The notes under the pieces: model-generated | The model's database searches: none | What the model was told of the DNA's origin: nothing | The model's input: only the letters and a program-made list of their open reading frames with translations | Program-made: the position numbers and the translations under genes | Shown here: one piece after another, positions 1 through 11,992 of the stretch | Position numbering within the stretch: position 1 is the first letter of the stretch | Layout of the letters: each line of letters opens with the position of its first letter | Assembly (NCBI GenBank): GCA_051013385.1 | Contig: CP143273.1 | Location: 576,001 to 640,000, forward strand | DNA: 64,000 bases | Reading direction: 5' to 3' | From: Phormidium sp. | GTDB taxonomy: Bacteria; Cyanobacteriota; Cyanobacteriia; Cyanobacteriales; Aerosakkonemataceae

Positions 1-66
1 CAAGATCCTGTGGCAAGTGTTTTAGTAATCCGGTACTAGAGGAACTAATTTAGTTAGAGCGATCGC

Positions 67-260
67 CTAGAGCGTCAGTCCAGTAGAAGTATTTGACAAA
101 ATGAACCAAATGTGGGTCGTTGCACAAACCCCGGCAGGGCGAAGCATTCGGGAAGAAAATCTTGGGTTTTGTATAATAAATAGTCGCCCGAATGCTTCGC
201 CCCTACAGATTACATATCTTTTTGTTTTTGTCAATCTCTTTTACTGGACTGGCGCTCTAG
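67..260. mobile_element. MITE-like element with imperfect ~35-bp terminal inverted repeats enclosing a REP-like doublet
   Basis: Ends CTAGAGCGTCAGTCCAGTAGAAGTATTTGACAAAA and TTTTGTCAATCTCTTTTACTGGACTGGCGCTCTAG; inner GGGCGAAGCATTCGGG...CCCGAATGCTTCGCCCCTAC. Confidence 0.7.
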
Positions 261-333
261 CTTGTGCTTACGTACAGGTTAGGCGATCGCCCTAACTAAT
301 TATTACCATCTTCCTCAATAGTTAAAAATTTAA

Positions 334-915
334 CTATCGATTTGCTAAATTGCGAATCATACTATTAGCCATAGCATAATGTTGTTGTATTGCTGGCAAA
401 AGTGTGGAAGCATAAGTTACCACATCTTGATCTTGACCTTGTTCAGCTTGTCTTTGAAACAAGGCCGCAGTTTGAGCATGATCGTTTACCATTGCTCTCA
501 TATAAGCTTGATCGAAACTTGCACCAGAAAGCCGTTGTAATTGCCGTTCTATTTGCTGATGTTGAGCATCCAATTGTCTAGGTAAAGTCACACCTTTTTG
601 ACCAGCAAGCTGCATCAATTGATTATTTGCTTGCGTATGTTGATCGATCATTTGCTGTGCATACTGCTTAACATCATCACTGCTTGCTCTCTGCAATGCC
701 AACTGACTTAAGCGTATTTCTGCTAAGTTACCTTGTGCTGCTCTATTCATAAACAGCCTGTCTGAAGAACTTAATCTATTTTGATTTTGTTCTGTAGTAT
801 TTTGGCGGTTTTGTAATGTGCTAGGTTGACGTTCAGATTGCTCGGCTACAGCTACAAATGCTAAAGCAAGAACCATTCCAGTTCCTATCAGACTAGCAGA
901 AAGTATGTTTTTCAT
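334..915 (-). CDS. DUF4142-family secreted protein
   Basis: Signal peptide; AAQGNLAEIRLSQLA, MIDQHTQAN, FDQAYMRAMVNDH motifs. Confidence 0.85.
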   Translation of the reverse strand: MKNILSASLIGTGMVLALAFVAVAEQSERQPSTLQNRQNTTEQNQNRLSSSDRLFMNRAAQGNLAEIRLSQLALQRASSDDVKQYAQQMIDQHTQANNQLMQLAGQKGVTLPRQLDAQHQQIERQLQRLSGASFDQAYMRAMVNDHAQTAALFQRQAEQGQDQDVVTYASTLLPAIQQHYAMANSMIRNLANR

Positions 916-1125
916 GAGCGATTAACAGTCCTGATTTATCAAAGTTTTTATTACTCTCAAAATCATAGCTACTGCCAATTAAAATCAGCTTCTACCCATA
1001 GATTAACTATGGTCTTACTTGAGAGGTATTTGAGCAAATTTTGTTATTTATTATTCATTTATAAGCAGAAACTTTTACCTTTAATTTCACACAAATGACA
1101 GATGACAAATAACTAACCCCCCCCA

Positions 1126-2040
1126 TTAAATATTCATTTTTACAGCAAATTTACCCCGATTTTTTAAAGCATCTAAAAAAGCGTAAATTGCTGGAGAATG
1201 CAGAGCATTTGCTAAAATTGCTACCCCAATTACTCTTTGCAAAGGTACTGGTAAATTACATTCTTTGATACCAATGGGTAAAGGTTCAGCAGCCAAACGA
1301 GGCATTATAGCTGCGCCTAAACCTTGTCCTACCATACTGACAATTGTTGAATCTTCGCGGATTTCATAAGCAATTTTAAGTGGGTATTCTGCTTGATTTA
1401 AATAGGGTAGGATGTAATCATGGCAAGGAGTTAAGGAACTAATAATTAAGGGGAATTCAGCTAGTTGTTGCCAAGAAATTTGATGAGTATCTAAATTAGT
1501 TTTTGGTGGTAAAAGAACGATGTAATCATCTCGCAGAATTTCCCAAGTTTCAAATTCATCACTAGAAGGTAAGTAAGTAAAGCCGATATCAGCAAATCCT
1601 GCACGCAAACTGTCTTCTATACTAAAAAAACTGTCATTTTCTGTAATTTTGACATTGATATCAGGAAAGATGGTGTGAAATTTGGCGATCGCAGTCGGTA
1701 AAATATGAGTTGCCACACTACGAAAACAAGCAACTCGCACAACTCCGCCTTGTAAACCTTTTTCTAAATCAGCTTCTTTTTCAATGGCATTTACTAATCT
1801 TAATGCTTGACTGGCATGAACTTTAATTCGTTCCCCCACAGGCGTTAAATGTGCGCCATGACGACCTCGGTAAAACAACACCACTCCTAACTGTTCTTCC
1901 AAGCTAGCAATAGCGTGGCTAACTGCTGATTGCGACATTTCTAAACGCAGTGCTGCTTCGCTAAAGTTTTTGTATTCTGCTACTGCAACTAAAGCAAGCA
2001 ACCCAGAGAGTTTTATCTGACTTTTGTTGATTTCATCCAT
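1126..2040 (-). CDS. LysR-family transcriptional regulator
   Basis: N-terminal HTH NFSEAALRLEMSQSAVSHAIASLEEQLG plus substrate-binding domain. Confidence 0.95.
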   Translation of the reverse strand: MDEINKSQIKLSGLLALVAVAEYKNFSEAALRLEMSQSAVSHAIASLEEQLGVVLFYRGRHGAHLTPVGERIKVHASQALRLVNAIEKEADLEKGLQGGVVRVACFRSVATHILPTAIAKFHTIFPDINVKITENDSFFSIEDSLRAGFADIGFTYLPSSDEFETWEILRDDYIVLLPPKTNLDTHQISWQQLAEFPLIISSLTPCHDYILPYLNQAEYPLKIAYEIREDSTIVSMVGQGLGAAIMPRLAAEPLPIGIKECNLPVPLQRVIGVAILANALHSPAIYAFLDALKNRGKFAVKMNI

Positions 2041-2218
2041 ATAGCTTTCACACCCACTGTTTAGATTGTGCCAAAAACCCCAGCCTCATTCCTCTTCCTA
2101 TCTATCGATTTTATTCATATAAGCTATTCAAGTAATAGATGGTTGCTTAATTGAATCAAGGGTACATTAGATTTATAGACAGATTTAAAAAAGCCTTTAT
2201 CAGGAGAAGTCTAAAAAA

Positions 2219-2500
2219 ATGCTGCACAATTCTTTACATCAAAATCAAGCAAACTCCCCGTTAATTCACGGTAGCCATTTGCCAGAAATTAAGTCAAACT
2301 TAACCACATTGATTAACAAGATTTGTCAAGGAGTTGTCACATTAATTAATCATGCTAGTGAACTAAGAGTTTGGCAAAGTAGCGATCGCAAAGGTCACAG
2401 TTGGTGGAATGCTTACGACCCCACCACAGGTAAATCTATTAGCTTAGATTCGGAAGCAGAAATGCGGATGTGGATCGAAGAACGCTATTACCAAAACTAG
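2219..2500 (+). CDS. Small hypothetical protein divergent from LysR
   Basis: RBS-like AGGAG upstream; WWNAYDPTTG...EMRMWIEERYY motif familiar from cyanobacterial small proteins. Confidence 0.7.
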   Translation: MLHNSLHQNQANSPLIHGSHLPEIKSNLTTLINKICQGVVTLINHASELRVWQSSDRKGHSWWNAYDPTTGKSISLDSEAEMRMWIEERYYQN

Positions 2501-2566
2501 TAAACTGATGAGTAAAAAATGGCTGAAGGTCAGTGTTTGGGTGGGTAATTCCCACCCTTTTAAATG

Positions 2567-3229
2567 TTAACGTTTCAGCGCCAAACTCAAGCCATCAGCA
2601 ATAGGTACCATACTGATACTTACTCGTTCATCTTGGAATAGTTTCTCGTTAAATTCACGGATCGCCTGCGTACTTTGATCTTGCACTTGGCGATCGGCAA
2701 CTTTTCCCGACCAAAGTACATTATCAATGGCAATTAACCCACCAGGACGGATTAATTTTAAACAACGTTCATAATATTCTTGATAATTCCCTTTATCCGC
2801 ATCGATAAAAGCAAAATCAAAAGTTTCTTGTTCTCCAGAATCTAACAATTCAGCTAAAGTATCTAAAGCTGGTGCAATTCGCAAATCAATTTTTTCTGCG
2901 ACTCCTGCTTCTTGCCAGTAACGACGAGCAACATTAGTATATTCTTCACTAACATCACAAGCAATAATCTTGCCATCTGGCGGCAAAGCTAAAGCTACAG
3001 AAAGGGAACTGTAACCCGTAAAAACGCCAATTTCTAAAGTTTTTTTCGCGCCAATTAATTGGACTAACAAAGCCATAAATTGACCTTGCTCTGGCGAAAT
3101 TTGCATTGTAGCGTAAGGATGATTAGCTGTTTCTTCACGCAAACGCCGCAAAATATCTGGCTGTCTCACAGAAACAGATACAAAATAATCATACAGTTGA
3201 TTGTCTAAGCCAAGTGTCTTTTTTGTCAT
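2567..3229 (-). CDS. SAM-dependent O-methyltransferase (caffeoyl-CoA OMT family)
   Basis: [28 protein letters not shown] motifs. Confidence 0.95.
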   Translation of the reverse strand: MTKKTLGLDNQLYDYFVSVSVRQPDILRRLREETANHPYATMQISPEQGQFMALLVQLIGAKKTLEIGVFTGYSSLSVALALPPDGKIIACDVSEEYTNVARRYWQEAGVAEKIDLRIAPALDTLAELLDSGEQETFDFAFIDADKGNYQEYYERCLKLIRPGGLIAIDNVLWSGKVADRQVQDQSTQAIREFNEKLFQDERVSISMVPIADGLSLALKR

Positions 3230-3273
3230 TGTTCTTTAGGGAGTTAGTCATTGTTTAAGCCAGATATAGTATT

Positions 3274-3533
3274 ATATCGTTTACGTCAATGATTAATACA
3301 AATAGGGTAGGGGCGGGTTTAGCGAAAAGATTGGAATACTCAGTAATAAATATTAAACTCAAAACCCGCCCTTTCCCTTGCATCTGTAGCAAACATTTAA
3401 GTAATATCGTTTACGTCAATGATTAATACAAATAGGGTAGGGGCGGGTTTAGCGAAAAGATTGGAATACTCAGTAATAAATATTAAACTCAAAACCCGCC
3501 CTTTCCCTTGCATCTTTAGCAAACATTTAAGTA
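3274..3533. repeat. 130-bp tandem duplication, each copy containing a GTAG-REP inverted pair
   Basis: Near-identical copies start at 3274 and 3404; GTAGGGGCGGGTTT...AAAACCCGCCCT in each. Confidence 0.9.
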
Positions 3534-3700
3534 ATTGATATAATCGATATTACATAAGCATATAAAGTTGAATTTAGAGAATGCGATCGGATGAATTTGG
3601 AGTGATTCCTATCACATCGGTAAGGGCGGGTTTTGTACCAAGATAGTCGATTATTGCCACTATTTTTGGCTAAACCCGCCCCTACAAATAACAGAACTCT

Positions 3701-4291
3701 ATGAAATACGATCCTGCAAAACATCATCGCCGTTCTATTCGCCTTCAGGGATACGATTACTCCCAGGCAGGGGCGTATTTTATCACCATCTGTACATGGC
3801 AACGCGAATGTTTATTTGGTCAAATTATCAATGGTGAAATGCAGTTAAGCCGCTGGGGAGAAATTGTTAATTCACATTGGCAGAATTTGCCCAAATTTCA
3901 TCCAAATTTAGAATTAGATGAATTTGTAATCATGCCCAATCATTTGCATGGCATCATCGTCTTAATCAATAACAATTCTGTAGGGGCGGGTTTAGCAGAT
4001 ATCTCAGGAAAAAAACAGATAACCTCTCAACAAAACCCGCCCTTCCCAATGCCACAAAAACAACCAAACTGCAAAAATGTACCAGAAATTATCCGGGGAT
4101 TCAAAACATTTTCTGCCCGTCGAATTAATCAGTTGCGTCGTAACTGTGGTGTACCCGTATGGCAACGTAATTATTACGAACACATCATTCGTAATGAAGA
4201 ATCATTACAGCATATTCGTCAATATATTATTAATAATCCTCTCACTTGGGAATTGGATCAATTACATCCTAACAGTCCATCTAAATGGTAA
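3701..4291 (+). mobile_element. REP-associated tyrosine (Y1 HUH) transposase, RAYT-like
   Basis: YFITICT, MPNHLHGII (HUH) and WQRNYYEHIIR motifs; GTAG-REPs immediately upstream. Confidence 0.9.
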
Positions 4292-4472
4292 ACTGATTGC
4301 CCCTACGGAATGGTAACAATTCAGTTTGACAAATACGGACAACTGAAATCGATCGATCTCAGTTAAGCTAAACCCTTGAAAAAACCCATGTGAAACCTCT
4401 AAAACCGTCACATCCCAGCAATCATTATGCTGAAAATTAGCCAAGATCGACGCAATAAACAATATCTTTTCG

Positions 4473-5252
4473 GTGACTCAAATGTATTACAGCGTCATCA
4501 GTATTAACATTGGCATAGTCTTTTCCGTATTGTTAGTTTTTGGGATTTTAAAATGGTTGCAAATTCCCACAGGTAGTTTCCTTGACTGGGTAATTGCTGT
4601 GGCTATTTTTGAATGGTTGTTAGCAATTGTGACTATACCTTGGAATATCCATTTTGAAGCCAAAGAAGTAATTGTAGAGGCTACAGAATCAACAGAAAAA
4701 GGAATTAAAATTGAACAGAAACAAGTTAATTATGCTCAAGTTATCGCCAAGCGATCGCTCTTTGCAGCCATCACTCTCCACCTAATTTCTGCGATCGGCT
4801 TCTATACTTTAGCAGTTCTGGGGATTAGTGCGATCGGTTATCTAGGTTCTGCTGCTGCTTTATTACTAACAATTTTACGTCCAGCAGTTCGCGCCTATCA
4901 ATATTTAGCAGCGAGATTAACAATGATTCGCCAACAAGTAAAATATCCCCGTGAAGATATTTTAGAATTGCGGCATCGTTTTCGCGAATTAGAAGCAACT
5001 GTGCAAAGAATCGAAGAAAACTTAAATCCGGAATATCCCGACTCTTGGGTAGCTACACAAAAAAGACAACTGGAAGCAACACGCCATGATTTAAACCGCA
5101 TTGCTGGTAATTTAGAAGAATTAAAAGCTAATAATCAAGCTGAACATAACAGATTATCGCGAGAAGCAGAACAAGCGATCGCGCAACTTTCCACCGATGG
5201 ACAATTTCTCGATCATGTGCGGGAAATTATTCGCTTTTTCAAGACAGCTTAA
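4473..5252 (+). CDS. Membrane protein with C-terminal coiled coil, hypothetical
   Basis: About 4 hydrophobic segments followed by a charged helical tail. Confidence 0.75.
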   Translation: MTQMYYSVISINIGIVFSVLLVFGILKWLQIPTGSFLDWVIAVAIFEWLLAIVTIPWNIHFEAKEVIVEATESTEKGIKIEQKQVNYAQVIAKRSLFAAITLHLISAIGFYTLAVLGISAIGYLGSAAALLLTILRPAVRAYQYLAARLTMIRQQVKYPREDILELRHRFRELEATVQRIEENLNPEYPDSWVATQKRQLEATRHDLNRIAGNLEELKANNQAEHNRLSREAEQAIAQLSTDGQFLDHVREIIRFFKTA

Positions 5253-5942
5253 GCATTCAGGCAAATAATGATTCCCGAAAATATCTTCAATTTCCGGGAA
5301 TCATTATATACACAACGCTTCACTATAATCCCACAGCTACATATTGGAAAATTTCTTGGCTTTCTTGTTTCTCCAAATTCTTAGATTTAGAGCCTTTTTG
5401 TAATTCTGGTTTTTGCGCCAAAGTCATGTAAATATAAGCTAGCAGTTCCATAATTCAACCTCGCCAATTTTTTAAAGACAGGGAAATTAGCTTGAAAACA
5501 AGCAGGACTTAATAGTTCAAGATGATAAATCTTGAATTCCTCTTACAGCGCCGCCTGTAATCGGAAACCGATCGGATCGTAAAATTACTTAGTGTCGAAC
5601 TTCACTTTCCCGTATTCTTACTTATCTATCGGTTGGATTATTTTTTCTCTCTGCTCTATCCAATATATAGATACACCCAAGAACATCGGATTCAGGAAAA
5701 TTTTCCTAAATTTTCACGATTGCAATTAAACATTACCTGTTTATCTTAAAGATACAGTAAAACTACAAATTTTTTAGTCACCTCTGAGACAATTATTAAC
5801 AATTTCAGTAATAGCACTTAAGTAGTCTTCAGTACTGAAGTTGGGACGATCGCTTTCAAGATCCCCGACTTCGCAGAAGTTGTCGGGGATCTGGGTAGCC
5901 TATAATGGAATGGCAATTTAAGTTGCAAAAGATAAGCCACCG

Positions 5943-7943
5943 ATGCAAATACCTCGCCTGCATCCAGACACGATCGAACAAGTTAAACAACGGGCTGATA
6001 TCGTAGAAGTCATCTCGGAAAAAGTTGTTTTACGCAAACGTGGCAAAGATTTCCAAGGTTTATGTCCTTTCCATGACGAAAAATCTCCCAGTTTTAGCGT
6101 CAGTCCCCACAAGCAAATGTATTATTGCTTCGGTTGTCAAGCTGGGGGAAATGTAATTACGTTCCTCATGGAACTAGAAAAACAATCTTTTGCTGATGTC
6201 GTGTTAAATTTGGCGCGACGCTATTCCATTCCAGTGCAAACATTGGAACCGGAACAACGTCAAGAACTGCAACGCCAACTAACTTTAAGAGAACAATTAT
6301 TTGAAATTCTGGCAGTAACAGCGGCGTTTTATCAACACGCTTTGTATCAACCTTCAGGAAAAGTAGCTTTAGAATATTTGCGATCGCAACGACAGTTAAA
6401 TGAGGAAACAATTAAGAAGTTTCAGTTAGGTTATGCGCCTTTCGGTTGGGAAACTCTTTACAGATATTTGGTAGAACAAAAGGGTTTTTCGGTACAATTG
6501 GTAGAACAAGCGGGATTGATTCGTCGGCGCAAAGAGTCGCAAGTTAGCTATTATGATTATTTTCGCGATCGCCTAATTATTCCCATTCACGATCTCCAAG
6601 GTAGAATCATCGGTTTTGGTGGTAGAACTCTCAGCGACGAACAACCAAAGTATCTCAACTCTCCCGACACGCAACTATTTAATAAAGGTAAAACTCTGTT
6701 TGCTTTGGATAAAGCGAAAGATGCGATTTCCAAGCAAGATTTAGCAGTAGTGGTGGAAGGTTATTTTGATGCGATCGCACTCCACGCCAATGGCATTACT
6801 AACGCCGTCGCCTCCTTGGGAACCGCCTTAAGTTTAGACCAAGTAAAACTACTTTTACGCTACAACGAATCCAAACAATTAGTTTTAAATTTCGATGCAG
6901 ACAAAGCTGGTAATACCGCAGCAAAAAGAGCGATCGGAGAAATCGCAAACTTAGCTTATCGGGGAGAAATTCAACTTCGCATTCTCAACCTTCCCAATGG
7001 TAAAGATGCTGATGAATACTTAAGAACATATTCCGCAGAACAATATCAAAATTTATTAAATGAAGCGCCTTTATGGTTAGCTTGGCAAATTGAACAATTA
7101 TTAGAAGCTAAAGACCTCAAACAAGCAAATCAATATCAGCAAATTGCCGAAGAAATGGTGAAAATTCTTAGTAGCATCATCGATGATAATCAGCTAACTC
7201 ATTATATTAATCAATGCGCCGAACGCTTGTGCAAAGGTGATTCTCGGCAAATCCCATTAATTTCTCAAAATCTCCTCAACAAAGTTGTTCAACATTGGAA
7301 AGCACTATGGCGCAATAATGAATCTCTACAAATGCCGTTATTGGTAGAGAATATAGTTAAACGTAACTATCCCCAAACAAAACCCCAACTTCGCATTGTT
7401 AAAAATCAAACTGCTGACGCAGAAAAAGTAGTTACAACACAGCGAGACGACCTTTTAAAAATCGCTGAAGCTTTATTGTTACGTCTTTATATTCACTGTC
7501 CCGAACATCGCCAAGATATCATCGATCGTTTAGAAAAACAGGAACTAGAATTTAGCTTTTCCCATCATCGGTTTTTATGGCAGCAAATTCGCGAAATTGA
7601 TATTAATTTAAGTTTGGAAAATCTCATTTCTAAACTGCAAGATAAAGCAGTGGAATTTCCCAAAGAAATGGCGCAAGCTTCCCGCCTCTTTATTTTAGAT
7701 GAAATGGCAGAGAAAGACTTGGAACGAGCAGGGGAATTAATCAAAGCTGCGATCGCACGCATGGAACAAATTATCTGCGAAAAACAATCGCGCCAATTTT
7801 TAGCACTTTTGGAAAAAACCGACAGTTCTACAGACCCAGAACTTCCGAAAAAATATTACCAAGAATTCCTACACTATAAACAACGGAGTATGGAATTAGA
7901 GCAACAATGCCAAGTTTCCATCTCCGATTTATTACAACTTTAA
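5943..7943 (+). CDS. dnaG: DNA primase
   Basis: Zn finger [11 protein letters not shown]...CFGC; KYLNSP; EGYFD; Toprim FDADKAG; KDADE. Confidence 0.98.
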   Translation: MQIPRLHPDTIEQVKQRADIVEVISEKVVLRKRGKDFQGLCPFHDEKSPSFSVSPHKQMYYCFGCQAGGNVITFLMELEKQSFADVVLNLARRYSIPVQTLEPEQRQELQRQLTLREQLFEILAVTAAFYQHALYQPSGKVALEYLRSQRQLNEETIKKFQLGYAPFGWETLYRYLVEQKGFSVQLVEQAGLIRRRKESQVSYYDYFRDRLIIPIHDLQGRIIGFGGRTLSDEQPKYLNSPDTQLFNKGKTLFALDKAKDAISKQDLAVVVEGYFDAIALHANGITNAVASLGTALSLDQVKLLLRYNESKQLVLNFDADKAGNTAAKRAIGEIANLAYRGEIQLRILNLPNGKDADEYLRTYSAEQYQNLLNEAPLWLAWQIEQLLEAKDLKQANQYQQIAEEMVKILSSIIDDNQLTHYINQCAERLCKGDSRQIPLISQNLLNKVVQHWKALWRNNESLQMPLLVENIVKRNYPQTKPQLRIVKNQTADAEKVVTTQRDDLLKIAEALLLRLYIHCPEHRQDIIDRLEKQELEFSFSHHRFLWQQIREIDINLSLENLISKLQDKAVEFPKEMAQASRLFILDEMAEKDLERAGELIKAAIARMEQIICEKQSRQFLALLEKTDSSTDPELPKKYYQEFLHYKQRSMELEQQCQVSISDLLQL

Positions 7944-8449
7944 GGGCACATTAAAGTTTCGCGGGTATCACGTCCGGTAACAGGATTAGTACCTGTAGCA
8001 ATTTTACAAAGGAATTCTAGCTGATCGTCCCGGAATAAAACATCCGTGAAATCAGCGCCTTCAATATTTGCGCCTTCAAACTTAGCATTGAAAGCAAAAG
8101 CGCCTTCTAAAATCGCATCCTTCAAATTAGCTTTGGTAAAACGAGCAGTTGCGATCGTCGAATATGAAAGATCCGCACCTTCCAAATTAGCATATAAGAA
8201 GTTAGCCCCGTAAAGACTCACTCCCCGCAAATTTGAATGGCTAAAATCGCTACTGCGGAGATTTGCTTTAGTAAAGCTAGAATCCGTTAACTCCCGATTA
8301 GAGAAATCTGCACCCACCAGAGCCTCGTTGTTATAATCCAATGCTAGAACTGGAGTCGCAGTTCCGACAAAAGCTACTAAGCAAATTACTGCCCAGAGCC
8401 ATAAACTGAGTAATATCCTGGAAATCCGCTTGTCTAGTCGAAAATTCAT
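7940..8449 (-). CDS. Pentapeptide-repeat protein (exported)
   Basis: Signal peptide; A(D/N)LxxA repeats; C-terminal C...[16 protein letters not shown]. Confidence 0.9.
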   Translation of the reverse strand: MNFRLDKRISRILLSLWLWAVICLVAFVGTATPVLALDYNNEALVGADFSNRELTDSSFTKANLRSSDFSHSNLRGVSLYGANFLYANLEGADLSYSTIATARFTKANLKDAILEGAFAFNAKFEGANIEGADFTDVLFRDDQLEFLCKIATGTNPVTGRDTRETLMCP

Positions 8450-8463
8450 GCTGCTTACAGTAA

Positions 8464-8976
8464 ATGGCGAATCGTTCAGTATCTAATTATCCCGATTTCG
8501 GTGCATTAGGAGAAGACCTAGTTGCACAATGGTTGCAGGAACAAGGTTGCGTTATTCTCCATCGCCGCTGGCGCTGTCGTTGGGGAGAGTTAGACATCAT
8601 CGCCGAAAATCAGTCAAATTTATTGCTGTTTGTCGAAGTCAAAACACGGAGTCGCGGAAATTGGGATCACGATGGTTTATTATCTATTACCCCCCAAAAA
8701 CAAGCTAAACTCTGGCAAACAGCACAATTGTTTCTCGCTTCAGGAAATTTCGCCGAGAAAATCTGTAGATTTGATGTCGCTTTAGTTACTTGTCAAAAAG
8801 TAAAGAGTAATTTATCTCAACAAACCAATTCTGACTGTAGTGTTACTACTAATTATTCTTGCTTTAGCCCCTTAAAAAATACAGATGACTTCATTCAACA
8901 GTCAACTGCACATTTTGCGGAATACCAACTCGTTTTACAACACTACATTGAGTCAGCATTAAACTTTGATTTTTAA
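8464..8976 (+). CDS. yraN: YraN/UPF0102 family endonuclease-like protein
   Basis: GALGEDL, GELDIIA, FVEVKTR, RFDV motifs. Confidence 0.9.
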   Translation: MANRSVSNYPDFGALGEDLVAQWLQEQGCVILHRRWRCRWGELDIIAENQSNLLLFVEVKTRSRGNWDHDGLLSITPQKQAKLWQTAQLFLASGNFAEKICRFDVALVTCQKVKSNLSQQTNSDCSVTTNYSCFSPLKNTDDFIQQSTAHFAEYQLVLQHYIESALNFDF

Positions 8977-9059
8977 TTTGTCATCTATCTAAAGTCTTAT
9001 CTTGTCAATCTTTTTTTTCTGACTTATGACTGATGACAAATCGCCAAAAACATTAAGTG

Positions 9060-9449
9060 TTAAGCCAAAGTTTCTGGGCAATATCCTAACCCATTGACAA
9101 ACTGCTTACGGAATGTCTCAATTTCTTCTTTGTCAGGTCTACCATGAGACACAATTGCTACTTGATAACGGCGCATTACTTCGATCGGTGGTTCGCCTGC
9201 ATCCAAACTCCAAAGCGCCATCTTCACGCGCACTTCGGGTTGGTAAGGAATGCCTAATTCACTAAGATAAGCTCTAAAATTGCCGTCTAGATAAGAGTCT
9301 AGTTCCTTGCTCATTTTTACTTTAATTACCCAACCGTCAATTTGGTGCAGAACGGTTACAGAGTAGAGGGGAAGTTGGTTATTTTTGTGTAAAAACTCAA
9401 CTACTCTTTGGGTAAGACTGGCGTTAGCTAAGAAGTACAGGTAATCCAT
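9060..9449 (-). CDS. Conserved cyanobacterial hypothetical protein
   Basis: MDYLYFLANASLT...GLGYCPETLA; ATG at 9449 preferred over the TTG at 9473. Confidence 0.75.
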   Translation of the reverse strand: MDYLYFLANASLTQRVVEFLHKNNQLPLYSVTVLHQIDGWVIKVKMSKELDSYLDGNFRAYLSELGIPYQPEVRVKMALWSLDAGEPPIEVMRRYQVAIVSHGRPDKEEIETFRKQFVNGLGYCPETLA

Positions 9450-9823
9450 AAGGGGTGCTTGGGGGGAAAGCAAATGCTACACCTTATATTGTCACTAAAA
9501 AAGAAGAATTTATATAGGGTTAAATCCCCCAAAGTTACTTGGGTAGGTTTACCCAATTTAGTTGCTAATCTTTCCCGCTTTATTAAGATAATAAAATCAA
9601 CTATCGCCAGGTAGAATAAAAACTTTACAAAAGTATAAATATATGTCAATTCTTACTCTCACTCAGCTTGAAAGATGTTGAATTAGGAGCCAAATTAAAT
9701 TGAGGCTCTTTATATCATTAATATCTCATACTCCGAGAGAAATTTCAAAATTTTTTCAAGTATGTAAAAGGAAAGGGATTTTAACGAGTTAAATTAATAA
9801 CTATATCTGAACTGAAATCTTGC

Positions 9824-10957
9824 ATGAACCAGCCAAAACCTGCATCCTTTTTATCTTCCAGTCCTGTTGGGGAAAGCAACGAAGACCTCTTATTATCTGC
9901 TTATGACTATCAACTTCCTGAAGAGCGCATCGCCCAAAATCCAGTCACACCAAGGGATAGCGCTCGCTTGTTGGTAGTTGATTCCCCCACAGAACACAGC
10001 GATCGCGTTTTTCGCGATTTAGTAGAATTGCTCCTCCCGGGAGATTTACTAGTGATGAATAACACTCGTGTGATTCATGCTAGACTTTACGGACGTAAAT
10101 CTACTGGCGCACCAGTGGAGATTTTACTACTCCAAGAGCAACAGAATAACTGTTGGTTAGCTTTGGTAAAACCAGGTAGACGCTTACTACCGGGAGCAGA
10201 AATTTATTTGGAAGCCAAAAATTCTTTAGATCGGCAGCCTGATTTTATTTTAACTGCAAAAATTTTGGAAAAGGATGAAGCCACAGGCGGGCGAATTTTG
10301 AAATTTGAATTACCGGAAGGAAAATCTTTAATTCCAGTTTTAGATCAGTTTGGTCATGTACCTTTACCTCCTTATATTAAAGAGTCGCAATCTCTTGCAG
10401 AACAGTACCAAACTGTTTATGCACAGTCTCCTGGCTCAGTAGCAGCGCCAACAGCTGGGTTACACTTTACTCCTGAGTTATTGGAGAAATTAACAGCGAA
10501 AGGAATTGAACAAACTTTTGTCACCTTGCATATTGGCGTAGGTACTTTTCGACCTGTGGAGGTAGAAAAAATTACTAATCACCAAATGCACGGGGAATGG
10601 GTAGAGATTCCAGAGACGACAGTGGCAAAAATTCAGGAGGCTAAGGCTAGAGGGGGTAGAATTATTGCGGTGGGAACGACAGCAGTGCGTTCTTTAGAAG
10701 GAGCAGCGCAAAATGGGGAATTACGACCTTTTTGTGGTCAAACTGAATTGTTTATTTATCCCGGTTATAAATGGCGTGTGGTGGAGGGATTGATTACGAA
10801 TTTTCATTTACCACGTTCTAGTTTAATGATGCTGGTTAGTGCTTTGGTGGGAAGGAAGAGGTTGTTGTCTTTGTATGAAGATGCGATCGCACAAAATTAC
10901 CGCTTTTACTCTTTTGGCGATGCTATGCTGATTTTGCCAGAAGCCTGGATTAATTAA
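9824..10957 (+). CDS. queA: S-adenosylmethionine:tRNA ribosyltransferase-isomerase
   Basis: PLPPYI, AAPTAGLHFT, TNFHLPRSSL, YRFYSFGDAM. Confidence 0.98.
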   Translation: MNQPKPASFLSSSPVGESNEDLLLSAYDYQLPEERIAQNPVTPRDSARLLVVDSPTEHSDRVFRDLVELLLPGDLLVMNNTRVIHARLYGRKSTGAPVEILLLQEQQNNCWLALVKPGRRLLPGAEIYLEAKNSLDRQPDFILTAKILEKDEATGGRILKFELPEGKSLIPVLDQFGHVPLPPYIKESQSLAEQYQTVYAQSPGSVAAPTAGLHFTPELLEKLTAKGIEQTFVTLHIGVGTFRPVEVEKITNHQMHGEWVEIPETTVAKIQEAKARGGRIIAVGTTAVRSLEGAAQNGELRPFCGQTELFIYPGYKWRVVEGLITNFHLPRSSLMMLVSALVGRKRLLSLYEDAIAQNYRFYSFGDAMLILPEAWIN

Positions 10958-11030
10958 AATTTAGTGGTTTGTTAACTTAATGTTAACCAATTTTGTCCAC
11001 CTTGAACTATAATTCTCTCATCAGCCGAAT

Positions 11031-11960
11031 ATGTTGAAACAGATCTTTTATAGTCATCTACTTGTCATTGTTACCACTGCGTTATTCACACCTATTGCTG
11101 TGGGTAAGCCTGCTATTAGTTTGCCAGGAACAAAACAGCTAATTCAAGGTGTTTATACTCAAGATTTGGAAGCAGCGGGTTATTTTCAACAAGGAGTTAG
11201 CAATTACAGTGAGGGAAATTTAGCCGCAGCTTATTCCGCTTTTCAAAAAGCAGTGGAACGCGACCCTAGTATTGCGATGGCTTATCATTATATGGGAAAT
11301 GTGTTGTTGCAAAATGGGCGGAATGCAGATGCGATCGCAGAATTTTCTAAAGCCATTCAATTAGATCCTTCTTTAGCCGAAGCTCATTACAATTTAGGCA
11401 TAGCATTGTATCGCCAAGGTAGATTAGATGATGCGATCGCAGCTTACCAACGTTCCATTGCCATTAATTCCCGTAACCCTAATGCTTACTACAATATGGG
11501 AGTAGCATTGTACGAGCAAAAACAGTTAGATGGTGCAATTGATGCTTATCGTCAAGCGATCGCTCTCAATCCCAAAAATGTCAACGCTTTGTTAAATTTA
11601 GCCATAGCTTTAGAGCAACAAGGAAACTTTGATGAGGCGATAGAAGCTTACCAAAGAGTCACAGTTCTCGATCCTAAATTAGTGAAAGCACAAATTAGTT
11701 TAGCGAATCTTTTAGTCCAACAAGATCGTCCAGAAGAAGCGATCGCAGCTTACAACGAAGCAATTCGTCGTCAGCCAAAAGATCCCGTTACTCACTACAA
11801 TTTAGGTATGCTGTTGTACGAGGAAGGTAAATTAGAAAATGCCCTCTCATCCTTAAGAAGAGCTAGGAAAATTTATGAAGACCAAGGTAACAACTCCAAG
11901 GCGACAGAACTTACCGAATTAATCAATCAAATTAAACAAAGATTGGAGACTAAAAAATAA
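11031..11960 (+). CDS. TPR-repeat protein with signal peptide
   Basis: Repeated AHYNLG...AIAAY TPR units. Confidence 0.9.
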   Translation: MLKQIFYSHLLVIVTTALFTPIAVGKPAISLPGTKQLIQGVYTQDLEAAGYFQQGVSNYSEGNLAAAYSAFQKAVERDPSIAMAYHYMGNVLLQNGRNADAIAEFSKAIQLDPSLAEAHYNLGIALYRQGRLDDAIAAYQRSIAINSRNPNAYYNMGVALYEQKQLDGAIDAYRQAIALNPKNVNALLNLAIALEQQGNFDEAIEAYQRVTVLDPKLVKAQISLANLLVQQDRPEEAIAAYNEAIRRQPKDPVTHYNLGMLLYEEGKLENALSSLRRARKIYEDQGNNSKATELTELINQIKQRLETKK

Positions 11961-11992
11961 GTAAAACTCCATTTTTAGTCGGCAAAATTCAG

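Noticed and set aside
101..295. 64-aa ORF
   Set aside because: Lies mostly within the MITE/REP element
5253..5942. Long intergenic region upstream of dnaG as an ncRNA
   Set aside because: Only two hairpins (about 5267-5305 and 5859-5892); no recognisable RNA family
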